DNA from: a virus
Virus record (IMG/VR): IMGVR_UViG_3300042922_000152
Location: 3,831-67,830 of that record
Reading direction: 5' to 3' (one strand)
Length of the DNA: 64,000 nucleotides
In this document: piece by piece, positions 21,708 through 30,568 of the stretch
How the letters are laid out: each line of letters begins with the position of its first letter
How positions within the stretch are numbered: position 1 is the stretch's first letter
Program-made: the position numbers and the translations under genes
Notes under the pieces: model-generated
Told to the model about the DNA's origin: nothing
Seen by the model: only the letters and a program-made list of their open reading frames with translations
Database searches by the model: none

Positions 21708-21737
21708 GAATATGACAAGCTTTTGCCATCATATTCT
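21708..21737 (+). promoter_or_regulatory. Putative sigmaE/sigmaG-type promoter of the parM operon
   Basis: GAATA-N17-CATATTCT; no good sigmaA promoter seen in this gap. Confidence 0.5.
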
Positions 21738-21803
21738 CAAGCAAAGGTACTTTTGAAGTAGCGACAACATGAAAAGTACCTAACATTTGAGGAGGTAGCG
21801 AGT

Positions 21804-22661
21804 ATGATTATAGGCGTAGATGCTGGTAACAACGCTGTGAAGCTGTATGGCGAGGCTGGACCCCTGATGTTTCCTTCCGCGATAGGTGAATATCGTGAAA
21901 GGAACGTTGAAGGACGCTTTTCTGCTGACGACATGATATATGAGTTCAAGGGTAAGAAAGGTTTTGCAGGTACGCTCGCGCTGAATGAGTCGGAGTTTTC
22001 AGGTTCTCGCATGGGTACGACGAAGGCGCATGAGGAATTGCTTCTGCGCGTCCTGTTAGGTCTTCACAGGTACGGGACTTCTCCTGAGTATCAGATTATT
22101 GTAGGTCAGCCCATCAAGCGTCATACAGTCACAGAAAAGGCGAAAATGCGCACGATGCTGCAAGGTCAGCACGAGTTCACATTGAATGGGGTGACGCGCT
22201 TAATCAACATCGTGGATGTAGGTATAGCGCCTGAAGGCAGCGCGTCTTTTTGGGCAGCGCCTTGCAATGGTAAAGTGCGCATTCTTGACTTCGGTTCAGG
22301 CACAGTGAACGGGGCAGCGCTCATAGATGGTGCCTATGTTGATAAGGATTCATTTACACTTGAGTATGGATTCAATACAACACTGTCAGAGGATAGGATT
22401 GAAATGGCGCGCGCTGTAGCAGTTCACGCGCTCAAGAAGTGGCGAAACGAGGATAAACTGCTGCTTGCTGGAGGAGGCGCAGAGGTCATGCTTCCTCACC
22501 TGAGTGAATACTTCGAAAACGTCAGCCTGCTTCGTCCTCGCATCGTTACGAAGTCTTCAGAAGGAGTGGTGACGAAGTACCTTCAGCCTGTGTATGCAAA
22601 CGCTGTTGCTTTCTACAATATCGGTGTGCAACAGTTCAAGGTAGGTGTAGAGAATGGCTAA
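21804..22661 (+). CDS. parM: ParM/StbA-family actin-like segregation ATPase
   Basis: IGVDAGNNAVK, VGQP, PEG, ILDFGSGTVN, LAGGGA, ANA actin-fold motifs. Confidence 0.9.
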   Translation: MIIGVDAGNNAVKLYGEAGPLMFPSAIGEYRERNVEGRFSADDMIYEFKGKKGFAGTLALNESEFSGSRMGTTKAHEELLLRVLLGLHRYGTSPEYQIIVGQPIKRHTVTEKAKMRTMLQGQHEFTLNGVTRLINIVDVGIAPEGSASFWAAPCNGKVRILDFGSGTVNGAALIDGAYVDKDSFTLEYGFNTTLSEDRIEMARAVAVHALKKWRNEDKLLLAGGGAEVMLPHLSEYFENVSLLRPRIVTKSSEGVVTKYLQPVYANAVAFYNIGVQQFKVGVENG

Positions 22662-22905
22662 GAACTCTGGCAAGAACTATGAAATTGTTTCCAAGGCTAC
22701 GTCATTCAACGTCAAAGACCCTGATCAATTGAAGATGCTTGAACATGCGAATAAGCGTAAAAACTTCTCTGCCTACATTAAGCGCCTGATTCAAAGAGAC
22801 ATGGAGGGGGCTATGCCTGTTTTCGTGCAAGCCCCTTCGCAAGCTCCTATACAGGAGGAATCTGAAATGGATTTCAATCCTGACCTGATGCTGAAAATGT
22901 TATAA
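22654..22905 (+). CDS. ParR-like ribbon-helix-helix adaptor
   Basis: TSFN...NFSAYIKRLIQRDM; overlaps the end of parM. Confidence 0.75.
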   Translation: MAKNSGKNYEIVSKATSFNVKDPDQLKMLEHANKRKNFSAYIKRLIQRDMEGAMPVFVQAPSQAPIQEESEMDFNPDLMLKML

Positions 22906-22965
22906 AGGCAGGCGGCTAAAAAGGATAAGAGCAGCACCGATGATGATTTTAATGATAGGCGACAT
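22900..22965 (-). CDS. 21-aa hydrophobic peptide MSPIIKIIIGAALILFSRLPL
   Basis: Strong SD AAGGGGG 7 nt before ATG; upstream sigmaG-type promoter. Confidence 0.6.
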   Translation of the reverse strand: MSPIIKIIIGAALILFSRLPL

Positions 22966-23001
22966 TTGTTTTCCCCCTTAATTCGTTTTGGCTTTCGTTC
23001 G

Positions 23002-23031
23002 TAGTATGTGCGCGGGCGCGCACTAATATTC
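23002..23031 (-). promoter_or_regulatory. Putative sigmaG (forespore) promoter
   Basis: Minus strand GAATA-N18-CATACTA. Confidence 0.65.
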
Positions 23032-23050
23032 ATGAGGAGGCTGTTACATT

Positions 23051-23530
23051 ATGACAACAGTCAACATTAGATGGAAGTCTGAGGTAGGCGTACAGCAGGA
23101 AAAGCGCCTCATTACCTCTCATAGCATTGAAAAGGATTTCGGCACATCTATCGACAAGGAAGGCCTCGAAAAAACCGTCAAGTCATTCTTCTATTCTCTG
23201 CTGTCGCTGACAGGCGCACACGGTTTTTACACTATGGTAAAGGAGGCCTATGTACAAACGCAGACCGAGGCTGTAGCTGTGTTCGCGCAGCAGCAGCTTG
23301 CAGCGCCTACAGGAACGTTCATGACCCGCCTTGCGCCTCTGCTTCACATGTTTCAGGAAATCGCATTGCCTGTCGGCATCATCGTCAGTACATGGGGACT
23401 TGTCGAAATTATCATGGGAAATGTCGATGTAGGCAAAACTAAATTAAAGTGGTCAATTGTTTGCTACATCGGGATTTTCCTGATTCCTGAATTGTTCTAT
23501 GCAATACATGACGCATTCTCCAAGGGGTGA
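23051..23530 (+). CDS. Membrane protein with TrbC/VirB2 pilin-like C-terminal hairpin
   Basis: FQEIALPVGIIVSTWGLVEIIMG-(GKTKLK)-WSIVCYIGIFLIP two-TM pattern. Confidence 0.65.
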   Translation: MTTVNIRWKSEVGVQQEKRLITSHSIEKDFGTSIDKEGLEKTVKSFFYSLLSLTGAHGFYTMVKEAYVQTQTEAVAVFAQQQLAAPTGTFMTRLAPLLHMFQEIALPVGIIVSTWGLVEIIMGNVDVGKTKLKWSIVCYIGIFLIPELFYAIHDAFSKG

Positions 23531-23534
23531 CAGC

Positions 23535-23879
23535 ATGATAAGTGCAACAGCAAAAGGCTTTCGTGTGCTGCTTGAGCCTGAAAAGGATTATGATGGGTTC
23601 TTCGGCTTCTTCAGAGAGGCGCGCGACGATTACGCAGAGATAGGCAGATTCCTTTCAGACATGCGACATGAAGGTATCTGGTATGCTATTACAGGTCAAT
23701 ACTTTACAGATTGGCTCATAGGCATAGGAAACACAATCCTTTATTACTCGGATGCGCTTGTTCTTGTCGCTATGGGTGCAACGCTGTTTTGCATCTTCGG
23801 AAGCAAGAAGGCGCGCAGCGTTCTTTACTGGACAATCGTCTCATATGGCTTCATCAAGTTTCTGGGGGTGCTATTTTGA
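23535..23879 (+). CDS. Small membrane protein (second pilin-like hairpin)
   Basis: Two C-terminal hydrophobic helices separated by GSKKAR. Confidence 0.6.
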   Translation: MISATAKGFRVLLEPEKDYDGFFGFFREARDDYAEIGRFLSDMRHEGIWYAITGQYFTDWLIGIGNTILYYSDALVLVAMGATLFCIFGSKKARSVLYWTIVSYGFIKFLGVLF

Positions 23880-26173
23880 ATTGGCTACTGAACAAGGAGT
23901 ATGTACGCCTGAAGCTGATTCCTGATAGCTCTGTCAGGAACTGGCGAGCAGAAGACCTTGCCAAGACGATTGCAGAACAGTTTAAGCTTCCTATAGAACG
24001 CATCGTGTCTGAAGGCTTGCGTATCAAAGGTTATAAAGTGCAGGAGCGCGCAGGCTTTGAAATCGCCTTTCAAGATGGTTCTGTAACATTTTATCTTACA
24101 GTTCCCAAGCACATAGCGCCTCTCGTTGTCAGGCGCTTGCAGTCTATTTGGGATAGAGCGACATTCGAGGAGACGACATTCGCAAAGCCTTTTGACAGCA
24201 ATATGTCAACAGTTTACGAGCTTGTGTACAAGAAACACGACATGTACTCACTACACACGGACGCAAAGAATAATCTTCCTCTTATCTCGCTGATTGAGTC
24301 AGGCAGGTTACTTGGTGAAGGCGAGCGCGCTTCTGTGTTCGCCTACCTTGAGCCTATCAATCAAATTAGTTGGAACTACAAAATGCAGCAAGCTTGGGAG
24401 ATATTGCGCAGCGGCAAGCTGCCTATGCGCGCACAGCTTACTGTGAGGGTTGTTATTTACATGATAGTATCGGGCCTTGCTTCAATCCTGCAAGAGATTA
24501 TGGCAGCAATGTCTGATGTCCTGTCTTCAGGACGTGGCAACAATATCTACCTCAATAAGCCTGCAATAGCTCCAGAGGCCTCGCAGTATGCTATTGATAG
24601 ACTGTCGGAGTCAACGAAGCGCAAGGCAGCAAAGGCAGGCATGAAGGCGTATGTCTGGACAATGGCGCAAAGTAAGAACGAATCACGCGCCGACCTCGTT
24701 GCGCGCTCACTTGCTGTGAGCTATTCAGACCTCGCAGAGGACAACGAGCTTGAACCTCGAAGGCTTGGCAAAAAGCAGCGCGCAGAGGTTTTGCGTGTCG
24801 TCGCCTCCTCACAACCTCCTAAGATTAACTTGCGGTATAACCTCATGAGCAGCGCAGAGGCGGGCAAGCTTCTTCAGCTTCCCGGCCTCGAATTGCAGGA
24901 GGCATTCAAGGAGATTGAGCGCGTAGAGCAGGCACAGCTTGAAGTGGCTAACAAACGTTTCCTTGATCCGACAGGTATCCTTATAGGTGACGTTACCTTT
25001 AAAGGCAAGACGCAAAAGGTCTATCAGCCTATACATGATGACGACGAGCTTTGCCTGCCTCATGTAGGCGTTGGAGGCATGGGTCAAGGTAAAACGAAAG
25101 GCCTCCTATCTAACTACGCTGTAGAGGCGACGAGAGCAGGCTTTGCAGCTTTGACGATAGACGCGGCAAAAGGCGAGATATTCGAACAGGTTTCTGCTGT
25201 GCTGCCTCCTGAGCAAGTCAATCACATAGACCTTGGCAAAACAGTGTTCGCGCTCGACTTCTGCGAGGCCATGCACGATGACAGGGCGCGCTCACGCCTT
25301 GCAAATATTGTGGTATACTTCTTCGATGTTGCAGAGGAGACAACAGGACAGACAGAACGCTTTCTGCGCGCTTGTGTACTTGCTATGCAGCACGGAAGGC
25401 TGTCAGAGGTCTTGAGCATCCTGAACATGAACAAAGACAACAAGGAGGCAGAGAAGCGCCTTGACGAGGCTATACAGCGCCTCATAGACCGAGACGATGA
25501 ATTTAACCTCGCCACGCTGAAAGAGTTCAAAAGCTATGATACAGGAATGAGGCGCAAGATACTGTCGCCTATCCTGAACAGGATGAACGACATACTTGGT
25601 GACGAGCATCTTGCCAAATGCATGAAAGCTGACAACTCACTTGATTTTGTTGAAATCATGAGCAAGCGAAATCTGTGTACGGTCATAGACGTGCGCGCGG
25701 ATGATCTTGACAAAGTAGCGGTGAACGTCATTGTCAGCCTGCTATCATTGAAGATTGATCTTGCCATGAGGATGCGTGAGAAGATCAAAGGCCCAGAGGC
25801 CTCGTTTCCTTACTTCGCGCTCATTGACGAACCACATCAATACATGAAGTCAACAAAGATATGGGAGGACGCTGTTGTGGAATCAAGGAAGTGGCGTGTG
25901 TGCTACTTCTGGACATTTCACTATTTTGACCAACTGCCTGCGAAGCTTCAAAAAGCAATCAAGAACGCGCTGCCTCATTATCACCTTTATCCTACATCAA
26001 CCGAAACCTTCAAAAGCCTCCTTCAGGAAATACGTCCTTTTGTTCTGGACGATGCGCTAAAACTAAAACGATGGCATGCAATCAACGTTATCAGGTCAGG
26101 AGGCGAAAACGCTACGCCGTTCATAGCGCACATGGCTGCACCCCCAAAAGACCGCTTAAAATCAGGAGCTTAA
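23876..26173 (+). CDS. FtsK/HerA-superfamily ATPase, VirD4/TraG coupling-protein-like
   Basis: Walker A GGMGQGKT, TIDAAKGE, Walker B ALIDEPHQ, ESRKWR; TTG start overlapping upstream stop. Confidence 0.8.
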   Translation: MNWLLNKEYVRLKLIPDSSVRNWRAEDLAKTIAEQFKLPIERIVSEGLRIKGYKVQERAGFEIAFQDGSVTFYLTVPKHIAPLVVRRLQSIWDRATFEETTFAKPFDSNMSTVYELVYKKHDMYSLHTDAKNNLPLISLIESGRLLGEGERASVFAYLEPINQISWNYKMQQAWEILRSGKLPMRAQLTVRVVIYMIVSGLASILQEIMAAMSDVLSSGRGNNIYLNKPAIAPEASQYAIDRLSESTKRKAAKAGMKAYVWTMAQSKNESRADLVARSLAVSYSDLAEDNELEPRRLGKKQRAEVLRVVASSQPPKINLRYNLMSSAEAGKLLQLPGLELQEAFKEIERVEQAQLEVANKRFLDPTGILIGDVTFKGKTQKVYQPIHDDDELCLPHVGVGGMGQGKTKGLLSNYAVEATRAGFAALTIDAAKGEIFEQVSAVLPPEQVNHIDLGKTVFALDFCEAMHDDRARSRLANIVVYFFDVAEETTGQTERFLRACVLAMQHGRLSEVLSILNMNKDNKEAEKRLDEAIQRLIDRDDEFNLATLKEFKSYDTGMRRKILSPILNRMNDILGDEHLAKCMKADNSLDFVEIMSKRNLCTVIDVRADDLDKVAVNVIVSLLSLKIDLAMRMREKIKGPEASFPYFALIDEPHQYMKSTKIWEDAVVESRKWRVCYFWTFHYFDQLPAKLQKAIKNALPHYHLYPTSTETFKSLLQEIRPFVLDDALKLKRWHAINVIRSGGENATPFIAHMAAPPKDRLKSGA

Positions 26174-26194
26174 AAAGTTCCTGATTTTTTTTTT
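26158..26194 (+). terminator. Intrinsic terminator
   Basis: AAAATCAGGAGC-TTAAAAA-GTTCCTGATTTT + long T-run. Confidence 0.8.
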
Positions 26195-26214
26195 GTTTTT
26201 ATGATTAAAATGGC

Positions 26215-26243
26215 TTGCCATAGAAAATGCTATGTAGTATATT
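26215..26243 (+). promoter_or_regulatory. sigmaA-type promoter
   Basis: TTGCCA-N17-TATATT. Confidence 0.65.
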
Positions 26244-26299
26244 AGAAACATGAAGTTCATCAAAACGCCCGGAGAGGCGAACATGGAGGAGAATTTAAA

Positions 26300-27505
26300 A
26301 TGAATAAACTGACTGTAGCTCAAATTAAGGAACTGGTTGAATTTAAGGCTGTAGCTGCCTCGTCCGGCAAGAAAGCGTCCTTTAAGGTCATCGACGACAC
26401 GAAAGCTGTAGCAGCTTTCGAAGATGGCACTTCGAAGGAAATCAAGCTCGAAACTATCAGCAAAATGTGGCGTCTCGAAGGCGAAGCAGGTGAAGCAGGT
26501 GAAGGCGCTCCTGCTGGCGAGGATGCTCCCAAGGTTGAGAAGACCGCCGAAGAAACCGCTGCTGAGAAGGCTGCCGCGAAAGCTGCTGACAAGGCGAAGA
26601 AGGACGCAGAGAAGGCAGAGGCGAAGGCAAAGCGCGAAGCTGACAAGGCCGCTGCAAAGGCGAAGGCTGAGGCTGACAAGAAGGCGAAGGAAGAAGAGAA
26701 CGCTGCAAAGCTGGCGAGCCTGAAGAAGCCCTTGACGCTGCCTGAAGAAAAGCTTGAGGCCCGCGTTACTGAGAAGGAAGCCACCATTTTCAACGTACTC
26801 GCAGGCCTCGTGCTGACGACTGCTGATGGCGTGTCCACCTTTGACCTCGTTGACATTGCACAACGTACAGACATGAAAGCTCGTGTCGTGAAGGGCATCC
26901 TCGGCAGCCTCGTGAAGAAGCGCTTCGTTGAATCCAAGGAAACGAAGGAAGGCGAGAACACGATTGACGTGTTCCACATCGTTCCTACCTACGCGAACAA
27001 GACTCTTGTTCCTTCTGCTGACGCACATGTTGGTACTACTGCTCAACGCCGCGAGACTCAAATTGACACTTCGCCTGCTGTGCCTGCCTGCGACGATTAC
27101 AACAAGTTCCTGCTGGCCTTCGTGAACAACGTCAAGGAAAAGCTGCCCGGCTACAGCACAGTGAAGCGCGTCGGCGCGAAGAATTACATCAGCTTCCCGA
27201 CAGGTCAATCCGAGGCCTCGCTGATTGTAACGCAAGTCAAGAAGGCGCTGCGCATTGAGGTTTACCTGATGGCTGACACAAGCAAGCTGAATGAACTGTA
27301 TGGCAAAATCGAAGCGAAGAAGGAAGAACTGACAGCAGCGCTGGGTGAGCTTGCATGGAGCAATCCTGAAAAGACTCGCAGCGCGACAATCTCCCAAACC
27401 TTTGCAGCAGATACCTTCGAGACTGAGGCGGCTGCTATCGAAAAGCTGACCGAGCGCCTGAAGGCCTTCAAGGAAGCCTTTGCTCCCATCGTAACTGCGA
27501 AGTAA
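26300..27505 (+). CDS. Multidomain protein: Ala/Lys/Glu-rich linker, winged-helix-like segment, DUF4268-like C-terminus
   Basis: AEKAAAKAADKAKK repeats; DLVDIAQRTDMKARVVKGILGSLVKKRFV; NYISFPTG...IEVYL...ELAW; own promoter and terminator. Confidence 0.7.
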   Translation: MNKLTVAQIKELVEFKAVAASSGKKASFKVIDDTKAVAAFEDGTSKEIKLETISKMWRLEGEAGEAGEGAPAGEDAPKVEKTAEETAAEKAAAKAADKAKKDAEKAEAKAKREADKAAAKAKAEADKKAKEEENAAKLASLKKPLTLPEEKLEARVTEKEATIFNVLAGLVLTTADGVSTFDLVDIAQRTDMKARVVKGILGSLVKKRFVESKETKEGENTIDVFHIVPTYANKTLVPSADAHVGTTAQRRETQIDTSPAVPACDDYNKFLLAFVNNVKEKLPGYSTVKRVGAKNYISFPTGQSEASLIVTQVKKALRIEVYLMADTSKLNELYGKIEAKKEELTAALGELAWSNPEKTRSATISQTFAADTFETEAAAIEKLTERLKAFKEAFAPIVTAK

Positions 27506-27523
27506 GGTATACCTCATAATTCG

Positions 27524-27560
27524 AAAAGAGGTCAGCGAAAAAAATCGTTGGCCTCTTTTG
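27524..27560 (+). terminator. Intrinsic terminator
   Basis: AAAAGAGGTCAGCGA-loop-TCGTTGGCCTCTTTT. Confidence 0.75.
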
Positions 27561-27570
27561 CATATAATGC

Positions 27571-27599
27571 TTGCAGGTGTACATATTATATAGTATACT
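27571..27599 (+). promoter_or_regulatory. sigmaA-type promoter
   Basis: TTGCAG-N17-TATACT. Confidence 0.7.
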
Positions 27600-27637
27600 A
27601 TATGTAAAGAAGGAGTTAGCGAAGGAGGCAGTAAGGA

Positions 27638-29440
27638 ATGGCGAACATCACTCTGGCAGTCAAGAAATCGCAGTTTATCAAAACGGCAAAGCAGTCACTT
27701 TTCGTCAGCTTCAGTTATGATATGAACCTGGTTGCAACAATCAAGACCTTGCCGACACGTTACTATGTAGGAGCTTCGCGCGAGTGGGAAGTACCGCTTG
27801 AGAGCGTGAATGATGTCATGAACCTTTTCAGTCAGCATAAGATCACGATTCAAGGCAAGGCGGTCACAGAGCTTGAGGCAGTAGAGCAAAACGCTCCCAA
27901 GACAATGCCTGGTACACTGTTCACCGCTGCTGAGAGCAAAGAATTTCAGTACAAGACGAAGCCCTTCTATCATCAGGAAGAAAGCTTCAAACACTCTTTG
28001 ACACATCCCAAATTTCTTCTTGGTGACGAGCAAGGCCTCGGCAAGACAAAGCAGGCCATTGACATTGCTGTGAATCGCAAGAAGGCGAATGGTTTCAAGC
28101 ATTGCCTCATTATCTGCGGCGTGAACACACTCAAGTCGAATTGGTACAGAGAAGTCATGATACACTCGAATGAACGTCCTCACATCATCGGTGCAAAGGT
28201 TGACTTCAAAGGAAACTCGCTTCGTATCAAAGAAGGCACCATGAAGGAGCGCCTTGCAGACATCAGCAGCGACATGAAGGAGTTCTTCCTGATAACCAAC
28301 ATTGAGTCGATGCGTGACCCGCGCGAATGGGATAAGCACCTGAAGAAGCACAAGCCACTGAACGCTACACAGCAGGTTCAATATGATTTCATTTGCAAAA
28401 TCAAAGAGCTTTGCGAAAACGGAACTATCGGCATGGTAATCCTCGACGAGGCGCACAAAGCCAAGAACTCTGAGAGCAAGCAAGGCAAGGCGCTTCACTT
28501 CGCAAACGCGCATTTCAAACTGCCCATGACAGGAACGCCCATCATGAACAATCCTATTGACGCATACAACGTCATGAAGTGGATAGGCGCAGAGCGCGGC
28601 ACACTGTATCAGTTCAAAAATCGTTATGTAGTGTACGGCTCATTCAATGACGTTGTAGGTTACAAGAACATGGACGAATTGCGCAAGCGCCTTGATGCCA
28701 TCATGCTTCGCAGACGCAAGGACGAAGTTCTTGACCTGCCGCCGAAAATCGAATCCACTGAATACGTGCAGATGTCGAAAGACCAAGCAGCGCTTTACAA
28801 GGAAGTGCTGAATGATATCAAGGCAAACCTTGCAAGCATTGAGTTGGACAGCAATCCTCTCGCCCGGCTCATTCGCCTTCGTCAGGTAACTTCGAATCCT
28901 CTGATTGTGTCTGATGTCATCGACGCCAACGCGAAGCTTGATCGGCTTGAAGAGATTGTGGAAGAGCTTATGGAATCAGGTCAAAAAGCTCTGATCTTTA
29001 GTAACTGGTCTGAAGTGACTGACGCTATCAGAGAGCGCCTGAAGAAGTACAATCCTGCTTACATCACTGGCGACACAAAGAATCGGGATGCAGAAGTACA
29101 AAAGTTTCAAAATGACAAGACTTGTGGTGTTGCGATTGGCACAATAGGCGCAATGGGAACAGGCCTGACGATGACAGCAGCAAGCACCGTTATCTTCTTT
29201 GACAGACCTTGGAACAAGGCTACTGTAGATCAAACAGCAGACAGAGCGCATAGAATTGGTACAACCGGAACTGTAAACGTCATAACGCTTGTGTGTGAGG
29301 ACACAATTGACGAGCGCATTGAAGAAATCATTTCAGACAAAGGACAAATTTCTGATGGCCTTGTAGATGGCGAAGCGTCACCCATTCTGAAGCTCGACAA
29401 GGATGCCAAGAAGAAATTGCTCAAGAAGCTGCTCGCGTAG
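27638..29440 (+). CDS. SNF2-family ATPase with N-terminal HARP-like domain
   Basis: DEQGLGKT, LDEAH, TGTPIMN, QTADRAHRIG. Confidence 0.9.
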   Translation: MANITLAVKKSQFIKTAKQSLFVSFSYDMNLVATIKTLPTRYYVGASREWEVPLESVNDVMNLFSQHKITIQGKAVTELEAVEQNAPKTMPGTLFTAAESKEFQYKTKPFYHQEESFKHSLTHPKFLLGDEQGLGKTKQAIDIAVNRKKANGFKHCLIICGVNTLKSNWYREVMIHSNERPHIIGAKVDFKGNSLRIKEGTMKERLADISSDMKEFFLITNIESMRDPREWDKHLKKHKPLNATQQVQYDFICKIKELCENGTIGMVILDEAHKAKNSESKQGKALHFANAHFKLPMTGTPIMNNPIDAYNVMKWIGAERGTLYQFKNRYVVYGSFNDVVGYKNMDELRKRLDAIMLRRRKDEVLDLPPKIESTEYVQMSKDQAALYKEVLNDIKANLASIELDSNPLARLIRLRQVTSNPLIVSDVIDANAKLDRLEEIVEELMESGQKALIFSNWSEVTDAIRERLKKYNPAYITGDTKNRDAEVQKFQNDKTCGVAIGTIGAMGTGLTMTAASTVIFFDRPWNKATVDQTADRAHRIGTTGTVNVITLVCEDTIDERIEEIISDKGQISDGLVDGEASPILKLDKDAKKKLLKKLLA

Positions 29441-29480
29441 CAGCTTCTTGTACACACTATTCACAGGGGGTTGTTGATAA

Positions 29481-29762
29481 GTGTATAATGTAACTATGAA
29501 GTCATATTGGGTGCTGATGACTCGCACCTATCCGTATAGGTATAGAGGACATCTGGGAACTGGGAACAGCTTTGACTATGCCACGCAATACAAAAGCCTC
29601 AACGCCGCGCAGAAGGCGCGTAAGGCTCACATAGTAGCGCTTGAACAGGACATACGCGCTCGACAACTTTATGAGCAGCCTACAGAGCTTCTGGAAGCCT
29701 GCTTGCGTGTAGCATATGACATGAAGCCTCGTGAAGTCAAAATAACCGTATCAATGCCATAA
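29481..29762 (+). CDS. Hypothetical protein
   Basis: ORF with SD, co-oriented. Confidence 0.5.
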   Translation: MYNVTMKSYWVLMTRTYPYRYRGHLGTGNSFDYATQYKSLNAAQKARKAHIVALEQDIRARQLYEQPTELLEACLRVAYDMKPREVKITVSMP

Positions 29763-29775
29763 GGAGGGCAACAGC

Positions 29776-30018
29776 ATGAAATTTCATAACGGCAAAAGGT
29801 ATTACACAATAGGCGAGGCTGCTGAAATGATTGGGCGCAGTCCTCAAACCATCAAAAATTGGTACAAACTTGCTGAAGGCAAGAAGGATTTTCCTGCTTT
29901 GCCGAAGATATTCTACCTTGACGAGAAGAAGACAAGATACTTTTCTGACGTTGACGTTCAGGTTCTTGAAATGTTCCGGGATGATGTTCGCTATGGATCA
30001 CTTACTGGCGACGCATGA
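29776..30018 (+). CDS. MerR-type HTH DNA-binding protein
   Basis: YTIGEAAEMIGRSPQTIKNWY...RYFS. Confidence 0.8.
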   Translation: MKFHNGKRYYTIGEAAEMIGRSPQTIKNWYKLAEGKKDFPALPKIFYLDEKKTRYFSDVDVQVLEMFRDDVRYGSLTGDA

Positions 30019-30080
30019 TTACCACACTATGCTTACTCATACTCATTGTCGTGCTAATTCACGCCGATGAACATAAATAA
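30015..30080 (+). CDS. Possible 21-aa hydrophobic peptide MITTLCLLILIVVLIHADEHK
   Basis: ATGA overlap with upstream stop; ends at terminator; weak SD. Confidence 0.3.
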   Translation: MITTLCLLILIVVLIHADEHK

Positions 30081-30118
30081 GGCGCTGCTTAAAAAGGCAG
30101 CGCCTTTTGCTATATAAC
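30079..30118 (+). promoter_or_regulatory. Terminator-promoter cassette 1
   Basis: Hairpin with TTAAAA loop, N16, TATATAAC. Confidence 0.75.
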
Positions 30119-30151
30119 GAGTGAACTGATAATTAAAAGGAGGAGAACAAA

Positions 30152-30568
30152 GTGGCAAAAGAAGAAAAAAGTATTGCCGAGGTTGTCAGCGAGTATCACA
30201 GCCTGAACAGTGAGAAGAAGGCGCTTGAAAAAGACCTTGAACCGCTGAACGCTCGCATTAAGGAACACCTTGGTGAAGAAGCGGGCGAGGAGACGTTTGA
30301 AACCGAACAAGGCAAAATTCAAGTCAAGCTCGCTATTCAGGACAGAAGTACGATGAACCCTGAAAAGCTCGTTCTGAAACTGAAGGAACTCGGATTTCAT
30401 CAGGCTATCAAAACTGTTGAAGTCCCGGATGCTCAGGCTGTTGAAATGCTCATGTTCGAAGGTAGGATTCCTGCGGCAGAGCTTGATTCCTGTCGAGAGC
30501 CGAAATTCGTCAGAGTGCTGACTACGAAGCTCGTACTCGAAAAACTGAAGAAGGGCGGTAAAAAATAA
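30152..30568 (+). CDS. Hypothetical coiled-coil protein
   Basis: GTG start with SD; helical N-terminus. Confidence 0.6.
   Translation: MAKEEKSIAEVVSEYHSLNSEKKALEKDLEPLNARIKEHLGEEAGEETFETEQGKIQVKLAIQDRSTMNPEKLVLKLKELGFHQAIKTVEVPDAQAVEMLMFEGRIPAAELDSCREPKFVRVLTTKLVLEKLKKGGKK

Noticed and set aside
22791-23033. 80-aa minus-strand ORF from the track
   Set aside because: No SD, and its start lies within the sigmaG-type promoter; the 21-aa ORF in another frame has the SD.
23711-23875. N-terminal 55 codons of the 820-aa ATPase ORF
   Set aside because: Overlap the upstream membrane gene; SD supports TTG at 23876.
26162-27517. 451-aa minus-strand ORF
   Set aside because: Shadow of the low-complexity 26300-27505 gene, which has the promoter, SD and terminator.
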